Below, one piece after another: positions 1 through 12,305 of a DNA stretch of 64,000 bases; positions within the stretch are counted from its first letter, which is position 1; each line of letters begins with the position of its first letter. The position numbers were made by a program, and so were the translations under genes. The notes under the pieces were generated by a model that saw only the letters and a program-made list of their open reading frames with translations, was not told the origin of the DNA and made no database searches. Origin of the DNA: Epiperipatus broadwayi (Eukaryota > Animalia > Onychophora); NCBI GenBank assembly GCA_028023455.1, contig JAQFVV010000008.1, positions 16,492,001 to 16,556,000 on the forward strand, read 5' to 3'.

Positions 1-1895
1 TAATTTTTAATAATTTATTAAATTCAAAAAGAAAATAGTTAAATCTTAAGCAAATGAAAGTATAGAAGTTTGACCTAGATTTCTACAATGTATTTATCAG
101 AGAGTGTACAAGAGTATTGAAAATCTTAAATACACTGGCAGATAAGTTTGGTTTTTCACCTATGATTTAAAAAGAGAGGGATCTATAATATCTTCCTGCT
201 AGTGATTTGTAAAAGCTAATTCCAGTTTTTTCACTTAGAGATTTCAAAACAAAAGGAGTCTTATAGGGAACATAATGAAACAGTGCGGGTGAGCTTTCTT
301 TGACCCGGAATAAAGCATCGGGACCAAGGATGTCATATGTCTGCAGAACAGCTTATGATAAAAACACTTTTAAGGTAATCAAAGTTAGTTCCAATACAAG
401 ACGAGAAAGTATAACGAGAAAAGATTATGATTTATGTAATCTTGAATAGAAGAAATAAAATCTCTGATTTAGGGAAAACAGAACAATACACTTTATAAAT
501 TGCCAGCCAAAAGATTTATGGTCTGCAGGAAATGCAAACCAAGTTTAACTAAATAAATTATGCAGAAAGAATAAAGGACACGCGAGTAAAAAGGTAAATT
601 ATAAAGGTCTGCCAAAGCATTTATCAAGGTTCGTAATATAAATAATAAAAAGAAAACCCTAAGCATATAAAAATAGAAACTAGCAATATACTCATGGACA
701 AATAAATTTAAAACAAATATGGGATCTTATAACTAAGGTTCCAATATGCACTATAATAAGAAAAATACATAGATATTTAAATTGAATAAGCAAAACATAT
801 TATAAAGAAAGATTTCTTAAGACCAAGCTGAGACTTTTATGAGATTTAAACCCTGGTTAGATTGAAATGTTTTACCTCAAGGTCTAATGTAAAATCTCAG
901 ATTTTCTCCAATGGGGTTTGCACAGTTCTTTCTAATTTGAGTCCATCACGAAGGCTATTGATTTATATCTCTTTTGTAAGGAGTTTGGAGGACAGCACTG
1001 GATCAATTCTTGTTTGAGCTTCTATGGCATGATCTTGCAGGAACAATTCAGAATCCAGGGTTCGTCTTTGGGTTGGTTTATTATGGCATGACAGATAAAA
1101 TTCATAAAAGTGTGTTGTTCAGGTATTCTGCAGAGATGATCTTATTTAGAAATTAGAAGACAGTAATATAATTTCAGCAGAATTTCTTAATGGTCAACAG
1201 CAAAATGTAATACTAGCAATGGTGATCTCCAGACGCAGACAGAAATCTTTTAAAAATCCAGCAGCACAGCAATTTGAATCTGGATCTCAAGTAGTGTACA
1301 GAATTGAACCAATATATATCACAAGTAGAATAAGTGAATAGCTGAATAACTACTCAGCACACAGAATAAAATGAAGAGTTGAAAATTAATTAGTCGGAAA
1401 TCCCCAAGGTTGCACTCTTATCTCCCACATCATCTTTAATTAGCAGTTTTTTCCCAGGGCAAATCTCTCAGGCTTAATCTTAATTAAAAATCTGACCAGG
1501 GTTCTTATTCAAAATTAATTAAAGAAAAGTAAATGCAAAATTAACTCAACTTTTAAAAATAAATTAAAATTAGATTACAAACAAAGAAACAGGAATGCAA
1601 TTAAAACTTTCTAAAATTAAAAGCTTTTTTCTTTAAAAGATTAAAACTTTCCAAAATTAAAAGCTTTTTCCAAAAGATTAAAAGTTTTTAAATTAGAATG
1701 TTTTTACAATTTGATTTTAAAAAAATACATGTGAAAAGAAACCTATTTTTAAACTAAAAAGTAAAATTAGATAATTTTAAAATATAGCTGCGTGTGTGGG
1801 CGATAACATATAAAACTTTCAAATAACTTTATAAAAATAAAAGTTAATATTAATTTTGTGATGAAACTTTTGAAGTGGACAAAGCATCCGGTTCA
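1..1895. repeat. LTR copy 1 (truncated at the window start)
   Basis: Collinear with 4070-5913, for example tatagaagtttgacctagatttctacaatg at 61 and 4140. Homology stops at ggttca 1895. Confidence 0.85.
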
Positions 1896-2014
1896 ACTGC
1901 CTCATCATGCCATAAAAAAAAGCATTTTGCTATTTTTTTTTTTAAATCTTTAAGCATTTTAAAAAACCCTAGAAATCTGGCTGAATGTTTGCCCTCCCCT
2001 CTATCTAAAAAGAA

Positions 2015-3443
2015 TCACTTTATTTTATTTATAACCTTCTCCATTTTCATAGTCCAGTATAATAAACAAATTTTTTTATTTTTTAAAGTCCATCCAATTA
2101 CTAGAAAGCTAAGCTCTGTCAGTAGTTCTTTCTTATGGAAAGTTTGGTCACTATGATCTAACCTCCTGAACCTGTCTATAGGTTCCCTTGCTATATTTCC
2201 ATAATCTACTAACAATAAAAATTTGGCCATTTCTTATATTGACTGGGCACTAATTGCTAAGCATCATTTGTTGTATGGTAGGTGGCATATTATGATGGAT
2301 GGTCCATATGATTTGGTCATCTGAAAGGGGGAACACGGTTAATGACCTTAATTTTGTCATCTGCCTGAAAAAGAATTATGTGTTTCACCACATATAATAG
2401 GGTATTTCTCATGGGATATTTTATAAAGTATGCCATCTTATCTGGCTTCACTCCAAAACATTCTCAAAATAGCGTATCTGTACTGTTCAAAAGTATGTGG
2501 TTTGGTATATAAGGTGTGCCACCAGTCTGAGGCTGTTTCCCGAAGATGGTTATTGATGACTGTAACTTTATCTGCTTCTGGCCAGTCTTGGACCCAAAAC
2601 AGGCTAATTAAACTTTCTAAATGATTTAAAGGGTTTTTCCCCATCTCAGCCTTGAATGTTTCAATAAGGAATTGTTTTTCCAGAAATCTGCTAGTCTGAG
2701 CCCTTACCTTTTACTTCCTAATTTCCTATGCTCTTTTTCCCCAAGGGTTATTCCATGTGGTTTATTTTCCCCAACAAAAGCTCCCAGTTTACTTTCTATT
2801 CTCAACACCCAATGTTCGAGCTCTTTAGTGATCCCAATGCACATTTGCTGTATATCAGATTTTAAAGCCTCTTTCCACTATATCAGAACACACCCTCTCT
2901 AACTTTCTTACCACTTTCTCTATGGTTTCATCTATTTCTTTCTGTAACCTTCCTTTCTTTGATATCTCTAATTCCTCTTGAGTTACTTTCTCCATATTTG
3001 CCCATTCCTGGCACATTTCTTCCACTTGTACTATCTTCATCTCTAAGGACTTGTTCTAATGATATTTTGTTCCAATTCATCTCTTAACCTTGTCATATCT
3101 TCTTTTACTATCTTGACTTCCTGAATTTCTTTCTTCAGATCATTTTCTATAGTATTTATAGCTTTCTGATTCTTTTCTACTTGTCCCATTATATCTCAGA
3201 AATTCATTTCCTTAATCATTTCTACTTTGAACTCACTAATTTCTTCCTTCATTGCTGCTGACTCTGTTTGATTTCTTGTCGGATTTCTCTCATCTCAGCT
3301 TTCATCATATCCATCATCGCCTGGGTCTCTGACACGTTTTCCTTTTCCACTGTTTGGGGATTTTTGAATGAAACTGGACTTTCTTCCAAGACTACCCCAT
3401 TATCAATTTCTTCCTTGACTTCCATTTTTTGACACAAGATCAA
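2015..3443 (-). pseudogene. Decayed retrotransposon Gag (coiled-coil N-terminus plus Ty3/Arc-like capsid)
   Basis: ORF pieces 3443-3249, 3040-2855, 2644-2438 and 2230-2015. The segment GKNPLNHLESL...ASDWW...TFEQYRYAILRMFWSEAR resembles Gypsy capsid motifs. Interrupted by stops and frameshifts. Confidence 0.75.
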
Positions 3444-4056
3444 ATCTAATATTTTTATATTTAACTTTTATTTTGTTTTTCAAACAACAATAACAAAAAA
3501 AAACTTTCTAATATCTAATTATTTAACTTTCTTAGGTTCAAAAATAAAAAAAAATGCAAAAGAAAAAATGTTATTTAGCTACTTATTAATTATGTGAAAA
3601 AGTCTTTTTAATATTTATTTATTTTACTCTTTTCCTTTCATTCAAAAAAAATGTAACAGAAAAATGATATTTCACTTTTTATGTATTATATCATTTGAAA
3701 AATACGAACCTCATACACCAAACTGCCCCACCAATACATACCACAACTAACACAAACTGATCCCTAATACTTAAATCTTGCCTCCTACACCTGGAATATT
3801 TCTCAATTGTCAATAAAATCTCACATGGGTTTTAAATTCAAAGCCCTAAGCTGGTAGTGCTAAAATTTTACTAATTATGTACTGGTCACTTCTATCTTCT
3901 TTTGATTACTGAGGGCCACGAGATTACTAACAGTCTAAAAAAATTTAATTTATGGTGATCAAAAGTTGATGATGATAAATGCTACCAGCTAGATCCAGGG
4001 ATAGAAAGAGACCTTTAACATTGTTCTGACAATTGAGAAAAGAACACAACAACAAA

Positions 4057-5913
4057 TGTCAGCCCAAAATAATTTTTAAATAACTTAATAATTTATTAAA
4101 TTCAATAAGAAAATAGTTAAATCTTAAGCAAACGAAAATATAGAAGTTTGACCTAGATTTCTACAATGTATTTATCAGAGAGTGTACAAGAGTATTGAAA
4201 ATCTTAAATACCTTGGCAGATAAGCTCATTTTCTCACCTATGATTTAAAAACAGAGGGATGTATAATATCTTTCTGCTAGCGATTTATAAAAGCTAATTC
4301 CAGTTTTCCCATTTAAAGATTTCAAAACAAAAGGAGTCTTGTGGGGAACATAATGAAACAGTCCGGGCAAGCTTTCTCTGACTCAATAAAGCATCGGGGA
4401 CAAGGATGTCATATGTCCGCAGAACAGCTCATGATAAAACCATTTTTAAGGTAATAGAGATTAGTTCCAATACAAGACTATAAAGTATAACAAGAAATGA
4501 TTGCAATTTACATAATCTTGAATAGAAGAAAATCTCTGATCTAGGAAAAACAGCAATACACTCAATAAATAGTCAACCAAAAGATTTACGGTCTACAGGA
4601 AATGCAAGCCAAGTTTAACTAAATGAATTATATAGAAAGAATAAAGGACAGGTGAGTAAAAAGGCAAATTATGAATGTCTACCAAAGCATTTATCAAGGT
4701 TAGTAATATGAATAAAAAGAAAACACTAAGCATATAAAAATAGAAACTAGCAATACCCTCAGACAAATAAATTTAAAACAAATATAGAATCTTATAACTA
4801 AGATACCAATACACTATATTAAGAAAGGTATATAAAGATATTTAAATTGAATAAGCAAAACGTATTATAAAGAAAGGTTTTTTTTAAGACCAAGCTGAGA
4901 CTTTTATAAGAGATTTAAATCCTGGTTAGAATATGAAATCTTTTACCTCGAGGCCTAATGTAAAATTCATCGGATTTCCTCCAGTGAGGTGCACACAGTT
5001 CTTTCTAATTTGAGTCCTTCATGAAAGCTTTTGACATCTCTTTGGTAGGGAGTTTGGATGCAAGCACTGGATCAGTTCTTATTTAAGCTTTTTCTGCATG
5101 ATTTTGCAGGAACAATTTAGAATCCAGGGTTTGTCTTTGAGTTGGTTTAGCATGGCATGTTGTAGATAAGATTTATAAAGGCATGTAGTTCAGGCATTTT
5201 GCAGAGACGATCTTATTTAGAAATTAAAAGACTAATATAATTTCAGCAAAATTTCTTAATGGCAAACAGCAAAAGTAATACTAGCAATGGTGATCTCCAG
5301 ATGCAGACAGAAATCTTTTAAAAATTCAGCAGCACAGCAATTTGAATCAGGATCTCAAGTAGCATACAGAGTTGAACCAATATATATCACAAGTAGAATA
5401 AGTGAAGAGCTGAATAACTCAACATGCAGAATAAAATGAAGAGCAGAATACTAATTAGTCTGAAATCCCAGGATTATTTATATGCGCTCATCTCCCGCAT
5501 CATCTTTAATTAGCAGTTTTTGTCTAGGGCAAATCTCTATCTCAGACTTAATCTTAATTAAAAATCTGACCAGGGTGTCTTATTCATAATTAATTAAAGA
5601 AATGTAAATGCAAAATTAAGTCTCAGCTTTTAAAAATAAATTAAAATTAGATTACAAACAAGGAATGCAATTAAAACTTTCCAAAATTAAAAGTTTTTTC
5701 CAAAGATTAAAAATTTTCAAATTAGAACGATTTTACCATTTGATTAAAAAAAAAGTGTGAAAAGAAACTTAAACTAAAAAGTAAAATTAGAGAATTTTAA
5801 AATATAGCTGTATCTGTGCTCTATAACATATTAAACTTAAATAACTTTATAAAAATAAAAGTTAGTATTAATTTTGTGATGAAACTTTTGAAGTGGATAA
5901 AGCATCTGGTTCA
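4057..5913. repeat. LTR copy 2 (left boundary approximate)
   Basis: Direct repeat of 1-1895 ending ggttca at 5913. A TG at 4057 is a candidate left boundary, but this cannot be confirmed because copy 1 is cut by the window. Confidence 0.8.
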
Positions 5914-8321
5914 GTACACATATGTACTCATATATCTATGTATAATACATTTATCTGGATATATTTCACATGTTAAATTAAATGTGAGTTTTTAAATTTA
6001 TTTAAAGATATGGTTGTGGAAACATCATTATATACGTATTAGCACTTTTATATATATATATATATGTGAGGATAAGCTGTAACGTAATAGATTTAGTAAG
6101 GTTACAGCACAATTATATTTATATTTTAAATCTTTAATTTGTCAAATTTAATATATAAATTTATTCATTATTTGACTTAACAATTGCATATATATTCTCA
6201 ATTCCAACGGTGACCAACATACTGAAGCAGTCAATGTCTAATCATATCGAGCTTCATGCTTAACCATCTATGCTAAACATCCACAGGGGTTCTTAATATG
6301 GCATTTGCTGTATGTATGTGCTGATACACACATACTTTAATTATAATAATTAAAGAAATTTATGTACATGGATATTGTAAAAAAATAAAGTAGTATATGT
6401 TATATTTAAATGTATGAATCAATAATCTTACTAAAATTATTGATGAAAAATCATACATGTATTTTTTTATTTATGTACAATTAATTATATTTAAGGTTTG
6501 AGATACTCTTAAGAGTTTATTACTAAGCGGAAGTATTTCTTTATCTAATGTCAAATTACTTCTGCTATTTTAAAAAATAAGATTTTAATTAAAACACTAA
6601 TGAATTCTTTGTTATTTCTTTGCAAATCTTTTAAAAATCTAAAATATTTTTAAAAGTGTCTAGAGCCTTATTAGCTTCTATATTTGAATTAAAAACTAAT
6701 CCAGTTAAATAATATATTACTGGGATAGCCATGGGCTAATGAAGAGGCTGCATTCCTGAAAGGATTAATGAAAGATATAAAAGGGGACAGAGAACAAAAG
6801 AAAGTGAGTGAGTAAAAATTTTGAGGAAGAGAGTTCAATTTAAGCCATGTAAAAGAGATCCTGATCATGTACAGCAAATAGAGGGAAGCAAGCACTTTTC
6901 CCTGTATCTCTCAGAGGCCGCCTGCTGCTGTGATGCTCCGTCTATCTGATCAGCTACACAAAATGACCACCTTAGTGCCAACTTCAACTGCTGGCTGCTC
7001 AATATTGTACCTGGCTGTAACATGAGAATGCACTGGAGAGAAGTTGATCTGTCCGTGTGTGCCAACCACAAGATTGTGAGATAAAATCCTCCATTGCATA
7101 GAGCTGCCTAATACGTAAAGCCCCTTTTGTAATTTTAAAATATTTAACGAAGCTTTTATATTTTAATTCTTATATTGGTTTGTAATTTTTTTAAAGTGTA
7201 CTCACTAATTCTCTTTATAATCCAATATTATCTCAATGTATTTCCAACCATCCATTTTATGTGAAAATCCAGTTATATAGCTTTGTGCGGATCTATTTAA
7301 TAGTTAGCTTATTTTGTTTTTATATATATATATATATGTGTGATTTATTTGTTAAATATGCCAATACAATCCAATCTTGTGAGTTTAAAAAGGGGTTATT
7401 ATTTGCTTAACCTGCTGTGAAGCGGGGGCTTCGTTTAAAATCAATAATTAAAATTATTACTTGTTTTAATGGAAATCGCTCACCAGGTTGATTTTATTTA
7501 AATCTTTTATTTATGGATGGATGCTATAGAATTTATTGCCAATTGTTATTAAAAGATCGTGAACTTTATAATTATAATCATCATCACCTCCTGCCACTGC
7601 CTAAATGGTCATATATATTATTTTAATACGTATATGGGAATCAAAATCAAATATTATTTTATGTTAGTTTAATATAATAATTGCAAATGTAATTATTAAT
7701 TATAATTTTCTTGATGACTCAGTATTCCAACAGATCATTGCACAGAGGTTAAACCATTTTAGGCTTTAAACTATAATATATAGATTTTATTACTTCTGTT
7801 ATAGTGTTGCTAGCATACTCTACTAGTTTTATTATGGTATTTATGTATTTTATGCTTTGTCATTTGGGAACTTAGGAAGTCCAAAGCCACCCACCTTATT
7901 GGTCTGTGAAAATCGTTCATAATCATGGGTATATGCTATTTCCTGTGGAACATGAGGTTTGTGGATTGATAGTTCTGCAGGGTACCATACACTGACACGG
8001 AGTCTTGAAGCCTAACCTCTCCATTGGGTATCGTTCTACTAGAATATGCTGACATACCAAAATTTTATTCAAATTAAGACATAAAATAATAAAGTATCCA
8101 AACAACCATAGGAGCCGAATTTCCATTGATGTCATGCTAGTACTGTTACTTTTCTTATAAATTCAAATACTGCCTGTTTGATCTCCATTAGTCGCAATGA
8201 TGTGTTGAAAATAATAAATCATTCGTTAATTAATCAGTCAGTACTAATTAATGGAGTATGCTTGATTTGAGCTGCTTCTCTTTTCAAATAATGAATGAAT
8301 CCCATAGATGTAAAGCAATAC

Positions 8322-8550
8322 ATGTTCTCATGTAAATGTCCTAAAGAGTTTGTTCTCCATGCTATATAATATAGTGTCAAAGAAACATAAACATCTCTTG
8401 TAAATTTTCCCTAAGATTTTATATGTCACATAGCGTCAAAGAGACATAAAGCATTGTTCATCTCATGTAAATATTCTAAAGATTTTGTATATCACATAGC
8501 TTCAGAGATATAATGCATTGCTTGTTCTTATGTAATGGTCTAAAGATGTT
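8322..8550. repeat. Diverged tandem repeat, ~65-70 bp period, 3-4 units
   Basis: Recurrent tctcatgtaaat...ctaaaga...catagcgtcaaagagacataaa units. Confidence 0.55.
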
Positions 8551-8870
8551 ATTTCTAAACAATGCCATTCAAAATACATTAATTTTTATAATCCACTTAA
8601 TTATCAAACCATTTCCTGCTAAAATATAAAGCACATTTTAAGTCATAGATAATTTTAAATGGTCACGGTCTTTTATATTTTATACATCCATCGCATTAGT
8701 GCAATCTATGTAAATATCTTGAAATTGGCATATTAATCCTGCATGAGCTATAAATCACTCAATGTAATTATGTATGCAATAAGTAATTTGTATAATGTGA
8801 TTTAATAATGGTGAATCCCAAACTTTGTAAATAACTAATTTAACTGTCAAGTATGAAATATTTCTATACT

Positions 8871-8950
8871 ATATTGAAGCAGTCAATCTATAATGCAGAT
8901 TGATCTTCATGGTTTAACTAACTGACCAACAGGGTTCAAATCCACCCCAC
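8871..8950 (+). repeat. Possible tRNA-SINE relic, with a related copy at ~6221-6292
   Basis: Shared (t)gaagcagtcaat...cttcatg...cagggt string at both loci, and a B-box-like GGTTCAAATCC at ~8933. Confidence 0.3.
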
Positions 8951-10602
8951 ATGGTTTAAATAATATACAAGTTATATAAATATATCTGCATTATGTGTAC
9001 ACATGCAGCAATGTAAGAAATTTTTGTTAATATATTTGAAAATTATTTGTGTGTATACGTGGCATATATATATATATGAAAGGAAAGGGAGAAATATTGT
9101 TTTATCTTATAAAATAAAAGATTGTAATTTTATATGTAGTATTTATTTTAATGTATATATTTTGTTTTATATCAAAATGTATCAAAGTAGCGAAAAGGAA
9201 ATGCAATTGTGGAGAAAGTTCTGGAAATCATTCACTATTTCAATTGTACAAAAATGCGGAGGCTAATAATTCTAGGTATAACCTTTTTTACTTTAAATTA
9301 AAAATTTCTTGAAACTTTCACTAGTAACATTAATGGAACTTTATATTGTTTATAAGAAAGTTCTAGAAATAGATTGCAAGGCCTTATCAACATTTGCATC
9401 TTCTCGACAATGGGGTTAAGAAAGTTCATTGGATATAGCCTCAAGTAAAGAACTAAAAGCATTCCTGAAATTTGTCTGAATTAGTATAAATTGTGCCAAA
9501 TTTAGTTGTGAAAAAAAAAGAGAAAGGGTTGTGTGAGCTGTTGCCAACATACTTTGCGCCAGTTTAATTTTTGAAAATGTTGTTCGAATAGAGGGACACA
9601 AGTTATCTTTCCTCAGTCTCTGATACTGTCTTCTCACCATAACATGACTTGGCTCCCACCTGTCAAAAGCGCCTGAGCTGTTAGATAGTGCAGAGGCCGA
9701 GAAGAGATACCTTTAGTATGATCATAACCTGCCTGCCCTGAAAATCAAAAAATGCTGCGCCAAGATCGGATCTGTCCATATCATCGCTCCAGAGGATCAC
9801 AAGATAATAAGTCCAAGAATCATCTTAGTTGCCTTCCCCTGTTTATAATTATTTAATCGTAAATGTAATACTTTTATCTGTATTTTTTCTTTATATTTTA
9901 ACTTGCTAACCAGTGAATATTTTAAAATAATTCTATCAATGCTGTATATTGATTTTCTATAACCCTAATGAATCATAATGTATACTTACTAATCCAACTC
10001 ACGCTTCTTGCTATAAGCGTAATTTAGTGTGGTAGTAACATAAAATAGTTAATTTTTTTTTTTATTTCTTGATTTATTAAATATATAATGATTGTCAACC
10101 CAATCTCACGAGCTTCATGTCTGTTTTAATTCCGCTCATAAAGGGGGGGGGGATAATTAATTATTTGATCTTTATTCATTTCTAAAATAGCTCGTAAGGT
10201 TGAGTTTTGTTAAAACTTATAAATATAATTTTCCAATCTGGGTGGACTTTGGTGTCCATTTTGGTTTGATTGCTCTATGTTATTTTAATAATCATCACCA
10301 AAATGTTGGCAACTAATTGATTTTGTTAGCAGCACTCTTAAGTGCGCAAATTTGTTTTTTTTATATATTTTAAATAAAATGGGATTAATTTAAGAAGGGG
10401 GGGGGGAATGCATGCTTCATTAATTCTAATTTTAATTGTTTATTAATTATTTTATAGTGTATGGGTCATTATTTAAAACATATCATTGTGATACATATTA
10501 AACTATTTAAGGCTTTGTCTTCTCATTAAATCAAATAATTCATTTCTTTATTGTTGCGTTGCTAGCATATGTCAGAATATATATTTTATTATTTTAATCG
10601 GG

Positions 10603-10754
10603 TCCATCCGTACCGTCGCTCCAGAGGATTCCGAAGTCTCTTGTGGTTTTTGTATTCTGGTTCCAAATATACTTTATTACTTTGATCATATCCATCTGTA
10701 CCGTCACTCCAGAGGATTACGAAGTCTCATGTTGTTTTGTATTCTTGTTCAAAA
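10603..10754. repeat. Tandem duplication, 88-bp period
   Basis: tccatc(c/t)gtaccgtc(g/a)ctccagaggatt(c/a)cgaagtctc at 10603 and 10691. A related tcgctccagaggat occurs at ~9785. Confidence 0.75.
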
Positions 10755-11671
10755 CAGGGATATTCAACTACATATTGGTACAAGCAAGTTAGAGTAGCAG
10801 AAGCTCTGCATGGATTGCCTTACACCAGAATAGCAACTTCCTATACTTATCCATAAGGTATCGCTCCGCCTGAAGCGTGGGCATACCCTCGTCCAATAGA
10901 AGAAAAGAATGAAGTTTTATCGGCCAAAGTCACTATATTTCCTTTCATTATCATATATGCTAGCACCGCAATTATCTCCAAGACTGTTTGATGAAAATAA
11001 ATCATAATGATATGATATAATGAACCATTTTGTCTTTAAATATTCTTCGTTGGAGTTTCATAACCAACCTTGCTGAAGCTGCCCTCCCTCTTTACAATAA
11101 ACCATTCCCATAGCTAAAGTTTTATTAAGTAGTTGAGATCGCTAACATGTATAAAATGATTAGTGAAATATTTATCTTAGCATACTTACAAATATAGATG
11201 TATTCTTTTCACCCATTAGAAATAAAAGCAATAATCCTTTATAATTTTGCATGCTCTTATGCTAAGGGCAAAATGCCTGAATTAAAGAAATAACGAACTC
11301 GTATTATTAAATATATGTATGATTTTTTTTTTACTTGTATAATGTCCACTGACCACCTAGATAAACCGTTTGTATAAGATAAATAAAATATGATTTCTGA
11401 ACAAAAGTTTATCTTGTAATACCGCATAATATCTATATATGTTAATCTATAATTAACTTAATGTATTTATTTATCAAATATGTGTAAATAAATATAAGAC
11501 TTATGTGCGTGAAGTTGGTAACTATATATATATATTCGCATTTAATCATGGTTCTTATAAGAAATCTTTATATATAAATTTAATCCAGTGTATTTGAATC
11601 TTTATTAAATAATCTAAGCTTATTTATGTATGTCTTTTAAATTGTCTGTCGGGTTTACTCAATATCTCATT

Positions 11672-11912
11672 AATCATCATCATCAAACCAGATCTCATGT
11701 TTTACGCTGTTGCACCAGGCCTGGAAATAAGGAATTTGCATTGTATCACTGCAGGTGTTGTCCGTAGTGTTATAGATTTGGAGAATGGGCAAATAGATTA
11801 CAATTCATGATTGCTCCTGACCTGTGTATCTCGGGCATGATTGGATTCGGGATACTTTTGCTTAGATTCTAAATTTTGTTGGATGGACATACATTTTTGC
11901 CCGGTACAATAT
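11672..11912 (-). repeat. Short interspersed retroposon-like element, copy 1, with (ATG)n tail
   Basis: Homologous to 12051-12305 (ccaggcctggaa, tgtatctcg(g/a)gcatgattggatt). A catcatcatc tract at the left end is a 3' microsatellite tail on the minus strand. Confidence 0.55.
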
Positions 11913-12050
11913 ATCTGCATTTCTCATTATGTTATATTAAATTAATATATAAAATGTAAATCCTGGGTTTGAATCTTCTTTTGGTTAATAATTAAACATT
12001 AATAAATATGACTTTAATAAATGGTAAAATCCTGGGCTACTCTTGGTCAC

Positions 12051-12305
12051 AATCATCATCATCTTCATGTTAAATCCCACTTGGGTCTCTTGTTCTTTCT
12101 ACTGTGTTGCCAGGCCTGGAATTAAAATAATCATGCTGTATCACCAGGACTGTTGTTCATAGGGTCAGAGATTCGAAGAATAGGCAATAAGTTAGATCCG
12201 CGACTGCTCCAGACCCATGTATCTCGAGCATGATTGGATTTGAGGTACTGTTGCTTGGACTTTTGGTCTTGTTGTGTGAGCAGATGTTTTTGACCAGTAC
12301 AATAC
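12051..12305 (-). repeat. Short interspersed retroposon-like element, copy 2
   Basis: Diverged copy of 11672-11912 in the same orientation, with the same catcatc tail. Confidence 0.55.

Larger units (their letters stand above)
1..5913 (-). mobile_element. Gypsy/Ty3-type LTR element with ~1.85-kb LTRs and a gag-only internal region (left LTR runs off the window start)
   Basis: 1-1895 and ~4057-5913 are long diverged direct repeats, both ending in ...GGTTCA (TG start on the minus strand). The ~2.1-kb spacer carries a decayed gag on the minus strand and no recognisable protease, RT or integrase. Confidence 0.8.

Noticed and set aside
3975-3990. TGGTAGCA (minus strand) as an iMet PBS for the gag-only element
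   Set aside because: Only an 8-nt match and no TG LTR boundary next to it. The left LTR boundary cannot be verified in this window.
10755-10990. ~80-codon frame with one internal stop (…YWYKQVRVAEALHGLPY…PPEAWAYPRP…)
   Set aside because: No recognisable family. Probably part of an unidentified repeat.
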